From a virus: a DNA stretch of 64,000 bases. A program made the translations under genes and the position numbers. Where the stretch lies: positions 1 through 64,000 of the IMG/VR virus record IMGVR_UViG_3300013131_000036; one strand, 5' to 3'. Every line of letters begins with the position of its first letter. Positions within the stretch are counted from its first letter, which is position 1. Below the pieces are notes generated by a model, which was not told where the DNA came from, ran no database searches, and was given only the letters and a program-made list of their open reading frames with translations. Of the stretch, positions 58,634 through 64,000 are shown piece by piece.

Positions 58634-59428
58634 ATGCATCAAGAGTCTCACAAAATATTCGAGGCGTATGTTCTTGCAAAACGTCTTGAAGATAAACAAC
58701 TTAACGAAGGTATTATGGATTTCTTGGGTGGATTGAAAGTAAGGCGCGAAGACAAAATGCGTTACAACACATATAAAGATATGTGGACAAGATTCTGGTA
58801 TCCTCGTTTTGCAAAGAAAGGGGACATCAAAACAAACAAAGAGAAAGCCATAGATACGTTTGACAAGTTTCTGAATAGCCGTCGTTGGGCCGATGAAAAC
58901 ATGGAAGTCAACAAAGACGAAGCTCTAGAATATTTTAGCAAAAATCACGGCAGCATGGATTTTGACAATCTTCAAAAAGGTGCGATTGAAACACTTCTTT
59001 ATGGTCAGACTTCAACCAGCACACCCGCCAAAACAACAGAACCCGCAAAGGAAACAGCACCTGAAACAAAAACAGCTGAACCCGCCGCTGATGCCGGAAA
59101 GGTTGTGGATCAAGCCGCATCCTCTCCAACTGTTGCAGCTACTATGAGTAAAAGTGAAAGAGATAATTTATCTCCTGATGATAGAGCTGAAATAGACAAA
59201 AAAACATTCGCTAGACCTGAAACAGTTGCACCCACACCTGCTCCGGTTGCATCCCCGGCAGAAACTCCCGCTGAACCAGAAGAAGATGCTTACAAGCTAA
59301 AAGCAGAAGTGACTCGTTTGAAAAACCTGAATCAAGCCTGGATTGGGGCCATCAAGAAAAAGTTTGGTCGGAATGTGAGAAAGCCCAGTGATCTTGTTGG
59401 TAAAAAATCAGTCGTCAGAAAAAAGTAA
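58634..59428 (+). CDS. Hypothetical late protein with Pro/Ala/Glu/Thr linker (possible internal head protein)
   Basis: TAAATA 5 nt before ATG 58634; on the opposite strand within the replication module. Confidence 0.6.
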   Translation: MHQESHKIFEAYVLAKRLEDKQLNEGIMDFLGGLKVRREDKMRYNTYKDMWTRFWYPRFAKKGDIKTNKEKAIDTFDKFLNSRRWADENMEVNKDEALEYFSKNHGSMDFDNLQKGAIETLLYGQTSTSTPAKTTEPAKETAPETKTAEPAADAGKVVDQAASSPTVAATMSKSERDNLSPDDRAEIDKKTFARPETVAPTPAPVASPAETPAEPEEDAYKLKAEVTRLKNLNQAWIGAIKKKFGRNVRKPSDLVGKKSVVRKK

Positions 59429-61993
59429 TTCCAAATTGGCATAATTCATCTGGCTTGGTTCCCGGATTTGCCATCCTACTGGTTCGAATAGTTTGCGCAT
59501 GGTTTCCGATACAAGTTTTTCAAACTGCTTTTCTTTGTCCATAGGGAAAATATCCTTGAATTCCTCGGGCAAACGATTTTTAAACGCCATCACTGTCAAA
59601 GCATATTTGTTTGGTTGCTGCACATAGTAATATTGAATCTTGTCGCCACTGTTTATTTTTTCATATTTCTTGTCCAGCTTCATGGTTTTGATGAAATAAT
59701 TGTAATAATACGCGGCTTTCACATGCACAGGCATTCCTTTTATGGTTGTCAGTTCGTTGCAGGAGTCCGCATATTTTTCGTAATTTTTAATTCCCACCAC
59801 AAATGAAAGCTCGTTTTCCGGTTTGGTTTGAAATTCTTCATAGATTTTGTCCATGATGATGTTTGTCTGGGAAGGATCCCGGGTTTTCAGCATGGTTTCA
59901 ATGATTTTTTTGTTGAAAACTTTAACTTCTTTTGTCATGGTGCTGCGAACAACCTCAATTCCTGTATACTTGGTTTTGTCACAAGGAACACCTTCTTCGT
60001 CTATGACATGAAGCACATTGCGTTTCTTTTGAATAAAAATACCCACATCACAAATGCTTTCCCGTTTGAATTCCAGGGTGGGCTTGTTGCTGTTTAGTTC
60101 TTTCTTGGCCCAATCACATATCTTTTCATTTATATATTTTTCCAGGTTTTCGATCAATTTTTCAGCTTCGGAAGACAATGTTTTGTCTTTTTTCAATAAT
60201 TTTATATTATTTTTTTCAATCAACGGCTGAATGGAGATGTAAACAGAATCTGTGTCATTATAAATGGTGGGTGGATTTGTTTTTAATGTTTCCCGGTCAA
60301 TTCCAGCTTCCACAAAGAAATTTTCAATAATCTCGTTTGCATGTTTGATCACGGTCTGACCTGTAAGAGTGATGCTTCGGGCAATGTCCCGGTCACTAAG
60401 AAAGAAGAAATTGTTGGCAAATGCCCCATAGATACTGTTCATGAGTATTTTAAGCGCATACTGTTTGTTGTTGAGCACAGATTCCCGGTTCTTTTTTTGT
60501 TTGTATTCGGGTGAATCCTTGGAAAGAGAAAGCAGTTCTCGTTTGATTTTCTTAAGTTCCCGCTTGATATCCACCCGTTTTTTATAATTTTCTGCAACAA
60601 TTTGAGGAACCAGACCCTCTTCTTTTTGGTAAAACAATGTTCCTATTTTTGTGCGGGACAGATTTTCCTTCTCGATAAAGATATTCAGCTTTTCCTCTGT
60701 TAGTCGGTATTTCTTTCCGCTGGCATGCGTTAAGGTATAGGTACCATCATCATTTTGACCATCAATGGTTCCCACTTTGGTTTCCGGAGACATGTTGCAG
60801 GTGCGAATCAGATTGGGATACAATGAATTGGCATCAAAACTAATGACAGCCTCATGAAATCCCCGTTGTGGTTCGCTGACAAACCCCCCTTCAATTGTCA
60901 CCCCGTCATCTTCTTTGTGAGGAAACGTGGGTATGATCTTGTTGTTTTTCTTGGCTTGAATGGCCACGGCACCTGCCACAATGCTGATTGTGCTCATGGC
61001 AGTTTCCAAATTGGTCAAACCCACATGTGAAAGAGAACGCAAGATGCTCAGATAACTGAGTTTTTCTTCCAGCTTAACAAGCAGATTAACGTCCTGAATG
61101 TTATATTCTACAAATTGCTTCCAGTTCTTGTCGGCCAGCGACGAAAGATTGCTTTCCTCATATTCAACTTTTGTTTCTCCCAGTTCCAAAGCACCGATGG
61201 ATCCGAGCGAATAGCTCTCCCGCTGGATCGGACAGAACTTTTTGTAAACGTTCATATAATCCAGATTGGCAATTCCTTCAATATAAAACTTCTCTGCTTT
61301 TCTTCCGAATTTGGTGAATATCTCTTTGCCAATAAGGTTTCGATAAGGACTCAATCTTTTGGAATCGTCCTCGCTTAATACCCGGCTGATCCGGTTAACA
61401 AGATATGGAATATCAAAAAGTTCTCCGTTCCAGGTTGCAACAATATCCGGATAATCTTTTTCAAAGAATTCCAGGAAGCTTCCAAGCAAAACAACTTCAT
61501 CTTTGCAGTAATGATACACAACATTGTCGTGAGAATCGTATGGATGCAGCCCAAAACTATGAAATGTCTGAGTCAAACTATCATAAATGGTGATCATGTT
61601 GACCGGAGCTTTGGCCAAATTAGGTTCTGGAAACTCATCCGGACTGTATGTTTCAATATCCAGATAAAATATCTTTAACGGATGTTTAACAAAGTCTGGA
61701 TTTTCTATCTCACTTGAAAATTCGTCGATCAGAAATTGCTGCGAACACGTGAAATTATGAAATATTCGGTTGTTCTCATCCTTTTCTGTAAACAATCGTC
61801 GTTCTTTGGATGAATTGAAAGTCTTTTTCTTTAATTTTGTATTATATAATGATGTTTCGTCGTTTTGGCCGTTGGTTTCAACATACAGATACGGATAATA
61901 AGTGCGACTGACTGTGATTCTTTGCCCCGTTTCAGACCATGTGGCCAAACGGATGGCGTGATTTAACGGATCATATGTGGCATGTCTGTACAC
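59408..61993 (-). CDS. gp43: Family B DNA polymerase gp43
   Basis: LDIET (ExoI), WNGELFD, YNIQD, FDANSLYP, KILMNSIYG and YNDTDS motifs. Confidence 0.96.
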   Translation of the reverse strand: MYRHATYDPLNHAIRLATWSETGQRITVSRTYYPYLYVETNGQNDETSLYNTKLKKKTFNSSKERRLFTEKDENNRIFHNFTCSQQFLIDEFSSEIENPDFVKHPLKIFYLDIETYSPDEFPEPNLAKAPVNMITIYDSLTQTFHSFGLHPYDSHDNVVYHYCKDEVVLLGSFLEFFEKDYPDIVATWNGELFDIPYLVNRISRVLSEDDSKRLSPYRNLIGKEIFTKFGRKAEKFYIEGIANLDYMNVYKKFCPIQRESYSLGSIGALELGETKVEYEESNLSSLADKNWKQFVEYNIQDVNLLVKLEEKLSYLSILRSLSHVGLTNLETAMSTISIVAGAVAIQAKKNNKIIPTFPHKEDDGVTIEGGFVSEPQRGFHEAVISFDANSLYPNLIRTCNMSPETKVGTIDGQNDDGTYTLTHASGKKYRLTEEKLNIFIEKENLSRTKIGTLFYQKEEGLVPQIVAENYKKRVDIKRELKKIKRELLSLSKDSPEYKQKKNRESVLNNKQYALKILMNSIYGAFANNFFFLSDRDIARSITLTGQTVIKHANEIIENFFVEAGIDRETLKTNPPTIYNDTDSVYISIQPLIEKNNIKLLKKDKTLSSEAEKLIENLEKYINEKICDWAKKELNSNKPTLEFKRESICDVGIFIQKKRNVLHVIDEEGVPCDKTKYTGIEVVRSTMTKEVKVFNKKIIETMLKTRDPSQTNIIMDKIYEEFQTKPENELSFVVGIKNYEKYADSCNELTTIKGMPVHVKAAYYYNYFIKTMKLDKKYEKINSGDKIQYYYVQQPNKYALTVMAFKNRLPEEFKDIFPMDKEKQFEKLVSETMRKLFEPVGWQIREPSQMNYANLELLFSDD

Positions 61994-61998
61994 GCCGA

Positions 61999-63219
61999 CT
62001 AGGTTAAACCATTGTACTTGTTTAGCAACACCCTTCTTTCGTCACCATAAGGATATTTGTACAATTCCACGTATTTGTTGATATTATCATCATTTTCCAG
62101 CCACCGGGTTTCAGCATATGCCCGGGCCCGTTCACAATGTGTCATGTATTTTGATTTTTTGCTTAAAACCTGTTCAATTGTTTTAATCATTTCATCTCCG
62201 GTATCAAATTTGAAAGGCGCATCTTCATAAGTGCAAAGATTTTGACAAGCAATTGGTAAACCATAACAACAAGCCTCAATATATTTCAAATCACTTTTGC
62301 TTTTATTGAAATTATTGTTTTGCAGAGGGGCAATCATCATATTGATTTTCATGTCATTTATTTTGCCCGGATAGTTGTATAGCTCGGCCCACGGATGATA
62401 TTCAAAAATACCCCGTTCAACCAGGGGTCGGAACATCATGGGAAACGCTCCAAAGAAAACCCACTGATATTTGTCTTTGGTGTCAGCAATTGCCTGCAGA
62501 ACATGTGCAAAATCATCATTTTGACCTACCCGGTTCTCCACATCAAAATGTGCGCCACTTCCTGCATAAAGAATACGAGGTTTCTTTTGAAAAGCATCAT
62601 AGTTTTCACTGGTACGCTTCAGATTATAGTAATTGCCCATCCAAAACTTGGGAGGATAGTTGGGAATGATGGTAATGTTCTTGTGTCCGGTCTTTTCCGC
62701 ATAATAATCCTTCATGAATTTGCATGTCACGGTGATTTCATCACACTCATTCATGATGGCTTGAGCTTGTTTGCGGATATTTGGATCAATGAAAGCGGTT
62801 TTAAACTTGTTATAGTCTGGGATATCCTCGTGAAACACAAGATCATCAATTTCATACATGAGACGAAAGCCCTGTTGCTGGCCCAGTTGTTTTAGAAACT
62901 GTACAAATTTAAGCTGATGTTCGGTTGCTTGGCGTTGCACACGAACTGCTTTGGTATGAATGTAATAACGAGGATCAAGGCACATGACGGTCGTGCTGTG
63001 CATGGTCATTTTGTTGTGGGCATTTAGGATCATTTCGGGCCAGATCAAACGCCAATGACCACAACCACTGTAGTCTGCAAGATAGTTGATGCCCCGGTCC
63101 GGAATATTGTCCGGTTGAGCAGGAGTGGGAGTAAGCTGCCGAGGAACTGCTTTGTTGGTGTATTGACTTGCTGCCTGAAGCAAAGGATTGGATACGTAGG
63201 GATTGCCCGGTGTAAACAT
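61999..63219 (-). CDS. GT-B fold glycosyltransferase (GT4-like)
   Basis: GCGHWRL.WP, YEIDD, CDEITV, IPNY and IAPL.NN.FNKSKSDLKYIE motifs. Confidence 0.8.
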   Translation of the reverse strand: MFTPGNPYVSNPLLQAASQYTNKAVPRQLTPTPAQPDNIPDRGINYLADYSGCGHWRLIWPEMILNAHNKMTMHSTTVMCLDPRYYIHTKAVRVQRQATEHQLKFVQFLKQLGQQQGFRLMYEIDDLVFHEDIPDYNKFKTAFIDPNIRKQAQAIMNECDEITVTCKFMKDYYAEKTGHKNITIIPNYPPKFWMGNYYNLKRTSENYDAFQKKPRILYAGSGAHFDVENRVGQNDDFAHVLQAIADTKDKYQWVFFGAFPMMFRPLVERGIFEYHPWAELYNYPGKINDMKINMMIAPLQNNNFNKSKSDLKYIEACCYGLPIACQNLCTYEDAPFKFDTGDEMIKTIEQVLSKKSKYMTHCERARAYAETRWLENDDNINKYVELYKYPYGDERRVLLNKYNGLT

Positions 63220-63240
63220 AAATTTAATTAATATATATTT

Positions 63241-64000
63241 TTAATTTTCAAGCAGGTTTGTTATGCCATTTTTCTTTTGCAAGCTTATGGTTTTGTAGTT
63301 ATTTGAATAAATTGCATCTTTTCGGTGGCTGATAATGAAAACACACTTGTTTTGGGCAATTTCTTCACATATGTCCGTGATAAGTTGCACACTTTTCTTG
63401 TCAAAACTGCTGTCAAATATCTCATCAAACAGCACAAAATTAAACATGGGGAAGTTCTGAAGTTCCCGCATTTCCATAAAAGAGAACATGCAAGCCAAAT
63501 CCACTGCTTTCTTTTCTGCCCCGGACAGGTTTGCATAGCTTGCAACCTTGCCCACCGCATCTGTCAGACTGTCCTCAAAATAATGATCAAAAGTTATGCG
63601 GGAATTGGCATCCAATTTGTTCAAATAATGGTTTATTTTATTGTTGAGAAGGTTTATTATTTTAGAAATAAATACGCTTTTAAGACCTTCATCACTCAAA
63701 ATGAATTTACTATTATTTAAAATATAAATTCTTTGGTCTGCTTCAGTTATCTTTTTCTGCAAATCATCCAGTTTGGTTTTGTTATCTTCTATGGTTTTGT
63801 CAAAATTCTCTGTTCGATTCTTTTCCTTTTCAATCTGATTTTCAACATCCTTGATGGAAGATTCTATTTGCTCGATAAGCTTTTTGTTTTGTTCCTGTTT
63901 GGAATTGTCTTTTTCAAATTGTTTTTCCCTTTTTTGAAGGGTGTCTATTATTTTTTCTGCATCGTTTCTTTTTAAAAGTATTTTTTTACGATTTTCTGTT
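63241..64000 (-). CDS. gp46: Recombination endonuclease subunit gp46 (SbcC/Rad50), 5'-truncated
   Basis: Frame is open to the window end (coiled coil); LSGAEK signature, FDEIFDSSFD Walker B/D-loop, ISHR. Confidence 0.9.
   Translation of the reverse strand, partial: TENRKKILLKRNDAEKIIDTLQKREKQFEKDNSKQEQNKKLIEQIESSIKDVENQIEKEKNRTENFDKTIEDNKTKLDDLQKKITEADQRIYILNNSKFILSDEGLKSVFISKIINLLNNKINHYLNKLDANSRITFDHYFEDSLTDAVGKVASYANLSGAEKKAVDLACMFSFMEMRELQNFPMFNFVLFDEIFDSSFDKKSVQLITDICEEIAQNKCVFIISHRKDAIYSNNYKTISLQKKNGITNLLEN

Noticed and set aside
59408-61993. Intein or intron in the DNA polymerase or helicase
   Set aside because: Lengths and motif spacing are normal and there are no splice motifs.
366-63975. 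Many short antisense or overlapping ORFs in the track (e.g. 25394-25948, 26933-27481, 29706-30245, 39951-40550, 56517-57116)
   Set aside because: They are shadows of well-supported genes, with no motifs or start signals of their own.
1-64000. Alternative genetic code or stop-codon reassignment
   Set aside because: Core genes (gp43, gp41, gp23, gp6) are full length in the standard code and coding density is high.
1-64000. tRNA or rRNA genes
   Set aside because: The intergenic gaps are very short and none shows a cloverleaf or T-loop signature.

Overview
A 64-kb AT-rich segment of a large T4-like myovirus genome. It uses the standard genetic code and shows no tRNA, rRNA or CRISPR features. 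The + strand (1-38.4 kb) holds baseplate/hub genes (gp26/29/53/27/25/6-like), about 15 kb of large PKD/lectin/beta-propeller virion proteins, the neck/head genes (gp13, gp4, gp21, gp22, gp23), a gp5 hub and a tail-collar fibre. The - strand (38.4-64 kb) holds four different peptidoglycan hydrolases, an HNH endonuclease, a glycan island (GT8, GT25-like, GT9, FkbM, rhamnose-type reductase) interleaved with three paralogous 7-bladed beta-propeller fibre genes and a fibre chaperone, and the replication module (gp45, gp32, DHH, gp41, GT2-like, uvsX, gp43, GT-B, gp46). The most striking signals are: (1) a late-promoter-linked glycosylation plus fibre island, suggesting a phage-encoded virion glycosylation system; (2) TAAATA late motifs and sigma70-like promoters usually sitting 5-7 nt before start codons, implying mostly leaderless mRNAs; (3) strong CCGG over-representation in the regions counted; (4) a 3D domain split by a Tlde1-like domain; (5) a shared C-terminal Cys-pair module on unrelated virion proteins. 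All family calls come from motif recognition and gene context, not from database searches.
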